DNA of 53,610 nt. Origin: a virus. Shown here one piece after another: positions 1-7,861 of the stretch. The notes under the pieces were generated by a model. The model was given only the letters and a program-made list of their open reading frames with translations. It ran no database searches and had not been told where the DNA came from. The DNA lies in the IMG/VR virus record IMGVR_UViG_3300021426_000022, positions 1 through 53,610 of that record; one strand, 5' to 3'. A program made the position numbers and the translations under genes. Numbering within the stretch: position 1 is the first letter of the stretch; each line of letters begins with the position of its first letter.

Positions 1-120
1 CCGGTACGCATAAATCTCCATCATCGTCAAAATTATGCATCGGGCATTCGCTCAACACGTCAGGATGAACGCCCTCGCATGCACAACGTGCGTTATCCGG
101 AAGCACATGAAATGCAATCC
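1..120. repeat. Terminal direct repeat, copy 1 (identical to 53491-53610). Indicates circular closure or a DTR of a 53,490-bp genome.
   Basis: The same 120-nt string (ccggtacgca...aatgcaatcc) is present at both window ends. A minus-strand ORF reads continuously through the join. Confidence 0.95.
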
Positions 121-142
121 CGTCTTTTGTTTTGTATATCAT
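1..142 (-). CDS. Small Cys/Asp-rich protein, 58 aa once the circle is closed. The first 47 codons are here; the remainder is at 53456-53490.
   Basis: The ATG at 142-140 overlaps the upstream stop (ATGA). Hand translation across the junction gives MIYKTKDGIAFHVLPDNARCACEGVHPDVLSECPMHNFDDDGDLCVPELCDYYDEVTE. Confidence 0.5.
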   Translation of the reverse strand, partial: MIYKTKDGIAFHVLPDNARCACEGVHPDVLSECPMHNFDDDGDLCVP

Positions 143-381
143 TCTCTCACCCTCTCGAATCCCAGCGACTTGACAGCCGTACTATACTGAAAAAGCCTGT
201 TCTCCATCCTCTCACCGGCGTCCTTGGCCTTCTCGGCCACTTCCATGATGTCACGGAACGCCTGATACACTCCGCAGTATTCTTCCGGTGCTTCCGGTTC
301 AGGGGGCAGCTCTTCAAGCTGCTCCCTGCAAATACCAAGAATCTCCTCATGCATCGTGCAGATCAAATTACCGCTGTCCAT
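139..381 (-). CDS. Hypothetical acidic protein (80 aa)
   Basis: ORF preceded by AAGGAGGCAAATC-ATG and tightly packed with its neighbours. Confidence 0.6.
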   Translation of the reverse strand: MDSGNLICTMHEEILGICREQLEELPPEPEAPEEYCGVYQAFRDIMEVAEKAKDAGERMENRLFQYSTAVKSLGFERVRE

Positions 382-392
382 GATTTGCCTCC

Positions 393-926
393 TTACGCAT
401 TCATCAGCAAAAGCTTAACTGTACCCCAGCCCGACTTGCAGAAAGCAACGTTATCTTTCTTGCAGACAAGCCTCCAACAGTTCTTTATTGTTCTTCCTCC
501 GCATGTCGTGGAGCTGTACCACTTGAGGCGGAACTTCTGTGTATCCGATATCTTTCCGCTTTCCGGCCAGTCCATTGAGAATCCCTGGCCGGGCTTATAT
601 GTAAGCACCCGCGGATTATGACCGCCCATCGGAAGCATCTCCTCAATCCTGTAATATCCGCTTCCTGCCGGAACGATTAGAAAAGACTGTGAGACATCGT
701 TGTAATCATTATTGTTTCTGTGCTTCCGCCATGACAGCGAGCCATTCTGGTTTACCTCAAGTGCTGTCGAAAGTCCTGCATTGATGATGTGGATCTGCGG
801 GGCATAGCTCCCGAAGGTGAAACGCTTCTCAATGTACCTTGTCTCTGCATTCGCCGTCACGATCAGGATTGCCGTGATTGCCATTGCGACGATAAGTGCC
901 GTGGTTGCTTTTAAAAATTTATTCAT
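393..926 (-). CDS. Secreted protein with a cleavable signal peptide (177 aa); Cys-containing mature domain
   Basis: N-terminus MNKFLKATTALIVAMAITAILIVTANA|ETR shows n-h-c regions and an AxA cleavage site. SD is GAGAGGAGACAAACC-ATG. Confidence 0.7.
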   Translation of the reverse strand: MNKFLKATTALIVAMAITAILIVTANAETRYIEKRFTFGSYAPQIHIINAGLSTALEVNQNGSLSWRKHRNNNDYNDVSQSFLIVPAGSGYYRIEEMLPMGGHNPRVLTYKPGQGFSMDWPESGKISDTQKFRLKWYSSTTCGGRTIKNCWRLVCKKDNVAFCKSGWGTVKLLLMNA

Positions 927-950
927 GGTTTGTCTCCTCTCTACTGTTTT

Positions 951-2693
951 TTATGCAAATGCTATCTGTCCATTGTTTTCTACCGTAACGCTCAGCCTCG
1001 GCTGACGTTCTCCGACTTTTATCTCTGAGCAGTTCGCCTCAACGATTGCCCTGGCAACTATAGGCACTACGCTGTTGCCGATCCGCGCCACCTGTGCGCT
1101 CTTCGGGTAAGGCTTCCACCTATAATCACGGTCAATGATGTAGTCTTTAGGGAATCCCTGTGCCAGCTTCAGCTCTTCCGGCGAGAGCATTCTCAAAAAG
1201 ATATCCACGATGCAGTATTCACTGCCAAGGATTGTGATCAGTGCGAGCCTGTCCTTCGTGACCACCGTGTGAAGCGGCTCATCCAGAGACTGGCCCGTAC
1301 CACATCCGTAGTACTCCATGATGAATTGAGATACCCAGGTGCATTTCTGAGCTGTTTCATCATCGATACCGGATTGCTTCAGCTGCTTCCAGTCAACTGC
1401 CAATATTGACACCTGCCCGAAGTGCCCGGGGGATGTCGTAATGGTGTGGAGCGGTTCCATAACGCTCTGTCCGGTACATGTTTTGTAAAACTTTGTCAGG
1501 AATGCAGATACCATCGCATATCTGTTGCTCGTATCAATGGTCTTGATTGGTTCGGTAACATACTGTCCCCTCGGTTCCTTTGTTGTTTCGGAATGATACT
1601 GAATCAAGATGGGGGTAACCAGTCTGTTATGGTCTACAGTTGTTACCGTCGACAACGGTTCATCTGACTTACTTCCGCATCCTTTATAATTTCCCGCATA
1701 TGCCTTATCAATGAATGGGCTCAAAACCGGAGTGATAAGACCATGGTGCCCACCTGTTGTAATTGTCAGGAGCGGTGATTTTGCATTGCCTCCCGGGGCT
1801 CCATGATTATTGCGCATCATGTAAGGGGCGAGAACCGGTGTTACGACACCATATCCATGTTTTGAAGTAATCGTTGACAACGGCTCATGTATGCTCTGGC
1901 CTCGGAACTTCTCGCCACCATGATTCACCGTTACGATAAATGGTTCGGGATTTTTAAAAACGAACTTGTCAAGCCCGGCAGCGATCCGCCTCATGGTCTT
2001 TTCTGCGAGCGGTTTCTTTCGCCCGAAAATTGATTTCCCGAAATCCAAAAGATTAAGGTACTTCCAAATCGGCTCCCACCGTGCTGTTCCCGGAACGGAG
2101 CCATCCCTGCTGTGTGTCTGCTTTGGCCAGACTATAGGCTGCCCGTCGCATCTGAATATCGCATACCACCTTTTTCGGGTAGTCGGTGCTCCGTAATCGG
2201 CAGCCACAAGTTCACGGCAGTCGAACACGTATCCCATGCTCTTGATTGCAGCTATGAAGCGCTGATACTCCTCGCCGGCCTGTTCTTTGATTGGATGACC
2301 GTTCTTGTCAAGCGGTCCCCATTGCTGTATCTCCTCGACATTCTCCATGATGATTACATCGGGATGAACTGCCTTTGCATGTTTGTAAACCGCCCATGGG
2401 AGCATCCGTATCCCGCTCTCGCGGGGCTTTCCGCCTTTAGCCTTGCTGAACTGTGTGCAGTCCGGAGAAGCCCACATAAGAGCTACATGCTTACCCTTTG
2501 TGTATTTGAGCAGGTCGACCTCGAATACATCCTCTGTAAGGTGAAGCGTATAAGGATGATTCGTTCTGTGCATCAGGATTGCAGCAGGATCGTGATTGAC
2601 TGCAATATCCGGAGACCTCCCAAGTGCAAGCTCTATGCCTACGGAAGCGCCGCCACCACCCGCAAACATGTCAATAATCAGTCCGTCCCGCAT
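951..2693 (-). CDS. DNA (cytosine-5)-methyltransferase with six tandem TRD-like modules
   Basis: Motifs I DMFAGGGG, IV ASPDCTQFS, VI ENV, VIII TTRKR, IX RMLSPEELKLAQGFP and X GNSVVP. Start placed at the ATG overlapping the upstream stop (TGATG), with a GGGAGG SD. Confidence 0.93.
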   Translation of the reverse strand: MRDGLIIDMFAGGGGASVGIELALGRSPDIAVNHDPAAILMHRTNHPYTLHLTEDVFEVDLLKYTKGKHVALMWASPDCTQFSKAKGGKPRESGIRMLPWAVYKHAKAVHPDVIIMENVEEIQQWGPLDKNGHPIKEQAGEEYQRFIAAIKSMGYVFDCRELVAADYGAPTTRKRWYAIFRCDGQPIVWPKQTHSRDGSVPGTARWEPIWKYLNLLDFGKSIFGRKKPLAEKTMRRIAAGLDKFVFKNPEPFIVTVNHGGEKFRGQSIHEPLSTITSKHGYGVVTPVLAPYMMRNNHGAPGGNAKSPLLTITTGGHHGLITPVLSPFIDKAYAGNYKGCGSKSDEPLSTVTTVDHNRLVTPILIQYHSETTKEPRGQYVTEPIKTIDTSNRYAMVSAFLTKFYKTCTGQSVMEPLHTITTSPGHFGQVSILAVDWKQLKQSGIDDETAQKCTWVSQFIMEYYGCGTGQSLDEPLHTVVTKDRLALITILGSEYCIVDIFLRMLSPEELKLAQGFPKDYIIDRDYRWKPYPKSAQVARIGNSVVPIVARAIVEANCSEIKVGERQPRLSVTVENNGQIAFA

Positions 2694-2887
2694 CAGTCCC
2701 AAACCTCCCAAGGATCGTCATCGTCCCCGAAACTAATATCATCATCTTCGTACTCGTCATCATCCCACAGCTTTTCTGCCGCGTGCTTTCTTACATGATA
2801 GATGATAAGTGCCACATCGATAATCGTGGCAATAACAAGGATAATGAGAGTCACTCTAACATCATTTGCATTTGCAGCAGCCATCAT
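2693..2887 (-). CDS. Small single-pass membrane protein with a poly-acidic C-terminal tail (64 aa)
   Basis: Hydrophobic segment VTLIILVIATIIDVALIIY followed by DDDEYEDDDISFGDDDDPWEVWD. ATGA overlap with the upstream stop; GGGAGGG SD. Confidence 0.6.
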   Translation of the reverse strand: MMAAANANDVRVTLIILVIATIIDVALIIYHVRKHAAEKLWDDDEYEDDDISFGDDDDPWEVWD

Positions 2888-3105
2888 AAATTCTTTCCCT
2901 CCCATTCATATATTCTTCCATACCGCGAATCGCGCACCTGGATATATTGGACGGTGATGTCCTTGTTGATCAGAGCGAAGATAGCCTGACATATTACGCA
3001 TGCTTTTCTCAGGTCTTTCGGCATTCTCGTCTTCTGTGTTACATTCTTTATAGCCTCGCAGGCTGTCGGGTCGCGGTATCCTTCAGCGTTATAAAAATTA
3101 CTCAT
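2884..3105 (-). CDS. Hypothetical protein (73 aa)
   Basis: Start moved to the internal ATG (MSNFYNAEGYRDPTA...) preceded by GGAGGAAGAACAGT. Overlaps the upstream stop. Confidence 0.55.
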   Translation of the reverse strand: MSNFYNAEGYRDPTACEAIKNVTQKTRMPKDLRKACVICQAIFALINKDITVQYIQVRDSRYGRIYEWEGKNL

Positions 3106-3391
3106 ACTGTTCTTCCTCCGGATAGAGCTGAGCATATTCATCGGAGTTAAATGCATCAGCATCGCACTCCCTCTTGTAGCAGTGAATGCTCACGCTCTTG
3201 CCTCCATCTCTTACGCTGAGGAATTCAGACGGTCTCATATTGAGAATGGTCCGGTAATCTGCCTTGCAGAACATTCCTTTCCAGTGCTTGTCAAGGAATG
3301 CGATGGTCTCCCGCGCTGTCCGGAAGATATCAATCGAATGAATAGTTCCTTCGACGTTCTTGCATCTGGTCTTTACCCTGTATGTGATCAC
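3098..3391 (-). CDS. Hypothetical protein (97 aa)
   Basis: ORF in the operon frame series with plausible packing. No family recognised. Confidence 0.55.
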   Translation of the reverse strand: MITYRVKTRCKNVEGTIHSIDIFRTARETIAFLDKHWKGMFCKADYRTILNMRPSEFLSVRDGGKSVSIHCYKRECDADAFNSDEYAQLYPEEEQYE

Positions 3392-3402
3392 TTATGTACC
3401 TC

Positions 3403-4560
3403 CTAATTCAAAAAGTCATTGATTGACATTTGGCCCGGTATCTGACCTGCATTGATCAGGTCTCCGTATTCCACCCCGATATAGTCAAGCACTCTCGCCC
3501 ATCCGTAAGGAGTGCCGTCCGGATCCTTGCAGCATTTGTACATCCAGAAATCCCATTCCTTCGGGTTTTTCTCTTTGAGAAGGTCAAAACGATGCGGTCT
3601 CTTTTCGATGTGGATGCCAAATCCACACATGGTGCATCCTGTCCTCTGTGCCTTGGTCGTGTAGAGCGTTCCGTCTGATCTGCGCTCTATCGTGCCGTAA
3701 ATCTCAGGTACTGGTACATTCAAATCAAGAGCCAGTTGCAGAAGGTCCTGTCTGTAGAAAATTGCAAAAGGACAGCTCCTGATTGTTGACTTCCCCCAAT
3801 AATTACAACCGTGCATCATGAGGCTTTTTGCTCTGCGTCCTCCCTCGGAAGCCATCATGCCGAGGAACGGCACGGAATTGTGCTCCTTCGCCCAATCGTC
3901 GCAGGGCTTCTCCTTCAGGTAGTAACAGCATTTCTGGCTCACCTTGAAATTGTCCGGCTTTCCGTAATTCGTCCCCTCGTTCTCGTTTTCATATCCGCCA
4001 AACAGCTCCAACCATCTCTGTGATAGCTTCATCCGGCTGTTTTTCTGCCATCCGCCATATTCGCCTGTTTCCCCGGTGATGATGGCATGCCTGACCGTTT
4101 TGTTATCCTCAGATGGATTTTCAAGCAATTCGATTTTCCCGGCTATTTCCTTACTCAGGACAGGGAATCCATACTCCTGGAGTATCTCCATCTTTGTCCA
4201 TGGCTTGCCTTCTCTCGGCCCGTCTGTATGCTTTGCAGGCGTCAGTCTTGTTACACCCATAAGCCGGTGCACATATTGGATGCTCCTGTCTTCCAATCCT
4301 GAACAGCTGATAAGCTCGACGTCATGAAATCCGCAATGATCTCTGATGAAGTACGACAGTGTAATAGAATCGAGTCCGCCAACGCTTACATGCGTGTTAT
4401 ATCCTTTCTCTCTTGCCTCTTTGATATACTCTCTTACAAGATTCTCGGCATAGCGGACTTTCATCGCATATGATAAGCAGCGCTGTTTCTGGAGGAACGC
4501 CGCCTTCTTTTCCTCGACGTTGTTCTCTTCCATCATCTCAAATACACTTTTACCCATCAC
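3403..4560 (-). CDS. Phosphoadenosine-phosphosulfate (PAPS) reductase-like / PP-loop ATPase family protein with a Cys-rich C-terminal domain
   Basis: PP-loop-like HVSVGGLDS near the N-terminus. C-terminal cluster CTMCGFGIH...KCC. Size and layout are typical of phage PAPS_reduct (IbrA/DndC-like) proteins. Confidence 0.8.
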   Translation of the reverse strand: MMGKSVFEMMEENNVEEKKAAFLQKQRCLSYAMKVRYAENLVREYIKEAREKGYNTHVSVGGLDSITLSYFIRDHCGFHDVELISCSGLEDRSIQYVHRLMGVTRLTPAKHTDGPREGKPWTKMEILQEYGFPVLSKEIAGKIELLENPSEDNKTVRHAIITGETGEYGGWQKNSRMKLSQRWLELFGGYENENEGTNYGKPDNFKVSQKCCYYLKEKPCDDWAKEHNSVPFLGMMASEGGRRAKSLMMHGCNYWGKSTIRSCPFAIFYRQDLLQLALDLNVPVPEIYGTIERRSDGTLYTTKAQRTGCTMCGFGIHIEKRPHRFDLLKEKNPKEWDFWMYKCCKDPDGTPYGWARVLDYIGVEYGDLINAGQIPGQMSINDFLN

Positions 4561-4566
4561 CGCACC

Positions 4567-4989
4567 TCAACACAAAATCTTCTGCTGCATCAGGTCTTTC
4601 GGGAACTCCAGTTTCACGCCCGTTTCTGCTTCGAGACGAGCTACGATGTCATGCCAGTCAATGCTCCCTTCCATCAGCGCATCGATATGGCGGTTAAATT
4701 CTTTCTGGAACCGGAGGAGCCGTTTAGCTCCCCACTGGTTCTGTTCGTACAGGATAATCATCGCCATGGCCTGCACGCTACTGTAGCAGTAGCATTTCAT
4801 GGTCAGCGTTGCCGCGTCCAATTCCTTCTTTGTCATCGGGAGTGTGACACCCGTAGACCGTCTCATGCGTATCATCCTCTTAAGCTCGTCCGAAACGCAT
4901 CCCCCATCCTGTTCTACTTCAAGGGCTGTCTTCCGTGCGGTCTCAAGTCCGCGAAGGAAACCCTCAAACTCTGCGTCTTTCTTGCTCAT
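4567..4989 (-). CDS. Hypothetical protein (140 aa)
   Basis: ORF with AAAGGAGATTAAGAC-ATG initiation region. Confidence 0.6.
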   Translation of the reverse strand: MSKKDAEFEGFLRGLETARKTALEVEQDGGCVSDELKRMIRMRRSTGVTLPMTKKELDAATLTMKCYCYSSVQAMAMIILYEQNQWGAKRLLRFQKEFNRHIDALMEGSIDWHDIVARLEAETGVKLEFPKDLMQQKILC

Positions 4990-4992
4990 GTC

Positions 4993-5358
4993 TTAATCTC
5001 CTTTAGTCGCTAACCTTTCGCACTCTTCTTCTTCCGTCCATCCGAGCAGCTCCACCATGAGCATTGCCTTTTCAGCCTTCGTCCACTGAGAAGCGAAAGT
5101 TTTTATAACAAACTTTGTCTGACTGAACATTACTTTCGGATCGCCGATAAGTACTTCGCCCATCAATTCCGAGGGTGTAGTCTGAAGTTCTTTTGCAATC
5201 TTGAGCAGGATAGTGGCTTTCGGAATCCGATCTCCGCTCACATATCTTGATATGCTTTGCTCCGTCACCCCAACATGCTCTGCAAGCATTCTCTGATTCA
5301 TTCCGAGTGCGTTCAGCCGTTTGCAAATGTTTATGCCTATCACATTGTCTTCCGTCAT
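4993..5358 (-). CDS. XRE-family helix-turn-helix DNA-binding protein (121 aa)
   Basis: HTH_3 pattern: ICKRLNALGMNQRMLAEHVGVTEQSISRYVSGDRIPKATILLKIAKEL. Confidence 0.85.
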   Translation of the reverse strand: MTEDNVIGINICKRLNALGMNQRMLAEHVGVTEQSISRYVSGDRIPKATILLKIAKELQTTPSELMGEVLIGDPKVMFSQTKFVIKTFASQWTKAEKAMLMVELLGWTEEEECERLATKGD

Positions 5359-5361
5359 GTC

Positions 5362-5649
5362 TTAATCCCCTCCCACGTATTTCATAAGCTCGCTTGCCTG
5401 CCGCTTCTGCTGTATTTCATACCCGCCACAGGATATATACCGCTTCTCTTTTCTCTCAAAATCATACTCAATATCTTCTGCATGATCCTTAACCATGTCT
5501 TGCATCGCTTCCATGGCAAGCTCCACGGCTGCATCAAATCCCTGCCAGAATGATTGATACGGATCCGCACATCCCTTGAATTCTGCTTCATCGCGCAAAG
5601 AAATGAACCTGTTTGTCAGTTCCTGTATTTCTGTCGCTTTCATTTTCAC
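5362..5649 (-). CDS. Hypothetical protein (95 aa)
   Basis: ORF packed 3 nt from both neighbours. Confidence 0.6.
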   Translation of the reverse strand: MKMKATEIQELTNRFISLRDEAEFKGCADPYQSFWQGFDAAVELAMEAMQDMVKDHAEDIEYDFERKEKRYISCGGYEIQQKRQASELMKYVGGD

Positions 5650-5652
5650 CTC

Positions 5653-6579
5653 CTACAGTCCGGACATTGCTCTCATCATCAGGTCGACATCTTGATTTTC
5701 CAGTTCCTGAATGATATGCAGGTAGACTTTCTGCGTTGTATTAATGCTCGAATGGCCGAGTCTTCTGGAAACGCTGGCGACTGATGCACCTGCATGTAAA
5801 AGGAGACTTGCGTGCGTATGGCGTAGACCATGCAAGGATATAACCGTTATTCCGAGTTTCTTGCAGTGCCTTTCTAAAATGTCGTTCACGGTTGAGTTGT
5901 AAACGGGATACTTTGGGTTTACGAATATCGGCTCATCTTTTTTTAATCCGGACACAAGTTCCGAGAATTTTGTAACAACCTGCCAGTCTATCCGTATGGT
6001 TCTTACAGACGACTTGTTTTTTGTCGGCAAAAATCCAGTTCCGGTCTTATAGTCCCATGTCTTAGAGATGCTCAAAGACTGATTTGAGAAATTGAAATCA
6101 TCCGGTGTGATGGCAAGTGCTTCGGAAAATCGCATTCCGGTTTTAACAATCAGGAAAATGAGCCAGTCCCAGTTGGCGGTTTTTGAAAGCTCCAAATCCT
6201 CTATCAGCATATGCGTTTCATACTGGTTGAGAAACTTCACCTTTTTCTTTCTCGGCTGTTTCCCCTTTATCACTGCCTTGCGTGTCGGGTCTCTTTCTAT
6301 GAGACCTTCGTCTATGGCATCGAGAATTGCTCCTTTCAGATGATGGTGAAAATCCATTACGGTTTGCTTTTCGTGCTCATCTGCATATGCATTCAGCAAA
6401 GACTGGTAGTGCATTCTGTCCATCTCGCTTATCCGAAGATTGGGAATGAGTTTTTTGAGCCACTTTATCGTCAGCTCGTATTTTCTCAGGGTGACATCTC
6501 GAACAGCTCCTTTTTTGTATGTCTCAACCCACTGTTCGTACCACTCACAAAAAAGGGTGTTTCTGGTATCCATGTTCAC
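5653..6579 (-). CDS. Second tyrosine recombinase (phage integrase family), embedded in the early operon
   Basis: Catalytic pattern: R in TGMRFSEAL, HxxR in HGLRHTHAS, H and Y in LGHSSINTTQKVYLH. N-terminal SAM-like region. Start overlaps the upstream stop. The region looks more AT-rich than its surroundings by eye (not counted). Confidence 0.9.
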   Translation of the reverse strand: MNMDTRNTLFCEWYEQWVETYKKGAVRDVTLRKYELTIKWLKKLIPNLRISEMDRMHYQSLLNAYADEHEKQTVMDFHHHLKGAILDAIDEGLIERDPTRKAVIKGKQPRKKKVKFLNQYETHMLIEDLELSKTANWDWLIFLIVKTGMRFSEALAITPDDFNFSNQSLSISKTWDYKTGTGFLPTKNKSSVRTIRIDWQVVTKFSELVSGLKKDEPIFVNPKYPVYNSTVNDILERHCKKLGITVISLHGLRHTHASLLLHAGASVASVSRRLGHSSINTTQKVYLHIIQELENQDVDLMMRAMSGL

Positions 6580-6860
6580 ATCCTCACGTCAAATCCGCCC
6601 TTGATGACATCGGTCTTCAACGCCTCGAATTCGTTCCAGCTGAACTTCCGCCCTGCCTCGTACGCAATGCCGGCAATCTTAAGCATTTTGTTGCGGTACT
6701 CAACCTTGTCGATTTCGATCAGGTCGCGGATGGCCTTGATCTGCGCCTCGGTGATTGCACCGTTCGCGCCGTCCATATCGTCAAGCACCTCACCGATGTT
6801 GTTGTAGTGGATCCGCTTGCTCTCTTTGATTTTGACTTTGCCTTTATGTCTTGGAATCAT
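6576..6860 (-). CDS. Hypothetical protein (94 aa)
   Basis: ORF with GGAAAGGAGAGATTAAGACA-ATG initiation region. Confidence 0.6.
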   Translation of the reverse strand: MIPRHKGKVKIKESKRIHYNNIGEVLDDMDGANGAITEAQIKAIRDLIEIDKVEYRNKMLKIAGIAYEAGRKFSWNEFEALKTDVIKGGFDVRM

Positions 6861-6864
6861 TGTC

Positions 6865-7056
6865 TTAATCTCTCCTTTCCTCGTTCTCCCAAATTTCTAT
6901 GACGTCGAATACGATCTTCTTAAAAACCTCGTGCCTATTTGTGATAACTGCGGCGTCATGCATGAGCATGTCCCAGTCCCTGGGAGATTCGTTATGCTTT
7001 TTGATGAATCTCCACACATCGTTGATGAACTCCCACCATTTACGGGCTGCCATCAT
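6865..7056 (-). CDS. Hypothetical protein (63 aa)
   Basis: Short ORF overlapping the rusA stop by 4 nt. Confidence 0.5.
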   Translation of the reverse strand: MMAARKWWEFINDVWRFIKKHNESPRDWDMLMHDAAVITNRHEVFKKIVFDVIEIWENEERRD

Positions 7057-7448
7057 TCCACCTCTTCAATCTCGATATAGATCCCGGGGACACTCGCCCA
7101 GAACTTTTCAACCAGCTCACTGCACACGAGTGCGTCGTCCTTCCAGAAGTGCAGATCCGTCATGACGTCCTTGAGCAGCTTCTGCAGGTTGTCCGTGTCC
7201 GGCTTTGTGATTCTGTACTCACCGTCCTTGTGCCTGCCCCTTGGAAAGCACCACCGCACGATCAGCCGGATCCCGTCCTCATACGGCACGTCTGGCCTGT
7301 GCCTTGCAAGGTGCGCTTCGAGTTTCGACCTGGCGTCCTTCAGCTCCGGAGGCTCGTAGAAGATCGGCTTCCTGTTCTTTGTGTTGACCTGCTTTTCCTG
7401 ATACGTAGCGGTCGGCGGGATCATTGCCACAAAAAATCTATCGCTCAT
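7053..7448 (-). CDS. rusA: RusA-family Holliday-junction resolvase
   Basis: Size 131 aa and the signature ITKPDTDNLQKLLKDVMTDLHFWKDDALV (KPDxDNL...D..DD). Confidence 0.88.
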   Translation of the reverse strand: MSDRFFVAMIPPTATYQEKQVNTKNRKPIFYEPPELKDARSKLEAHLARHRPDVPYEDGIRLIVRWCFPRGRHKDGEYRITKPDTDNLQKLLKDVMTDLHFWKDDALVCSELVEKFWASVPGIYIEIEEVE

Positions 7449-7449
7449 G

Positions 7450-7587
7450 TCACACCTCGAATAAGTCCGTCATCATTTCCACGTAGTCAAAGAAATCGGA
7501 AATGTCCTGCATGCTGATCGAATCGTTTTCATCAATGTTCTGTTCAAAACACCAGTCTCTGAAAAGTCGTTCAAGTTCTTCTTTCAT
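7450..7587 (-). CDS. Possible small acidic protein (45 aa)
   Basis: Only the last 45 codons (MKEELERLFRDW...) of track ORF 7450-7956 lie outside the repeat region. Preceded by a purine-rich stretch. Confidence 0.35.
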   Translation of the reverse strand: MKEELERLFRDWCFEQNIDENDSISMQDISDFFDYVEMMTDLFEV

Positions 7588-7648
7588 TTTTTCTTTTTCT
7601 CTCTTTCTATCCACTTTGCCGCCGCATGTGTAGGTGGGTTCCCTTTTG

Positions 7649-7858
7649 GACAAGGGGCGTGCTCTAAGCCCCCTTGTCAAAGGGTACCAACACATGCATA
7701 TGTGGCTACATATACCCCCCGTAGGGGGGTACCTTGTCTGTCCGCGGACAAATAGGAGTTTTTTTCCTTTCTGTCCAAATTTGGACAAATAGGAGTTTTT
7801 TTCCTTTCTGTCCAGTTTCAGCCAACGGACAAAAAGGAAATTTTTTCTCCTTTCTGTC
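7649..7858. repeat. Iteron/palindrome cluster; candidate replication origin just downstream of the primase-helicase gene
   Basis: Three direct repeats GGACAAATAGGAGTTTTTTTCCTTTCTGTCC: 7746-7776 and 7783-7813 are identical, 7827-7858 is degenerate. Palindromes TGTCCGCGGACA (7739-7750) and TGTCCAAATTTGGACA (7772-7787). Hairpins GACAAGGGG/CCCCTTGTC (7649-7678) and CCCCCCgtaGGGGGG (7715-7729). Confidence 0.5.
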
Positions 7859-7861
7859 TGT

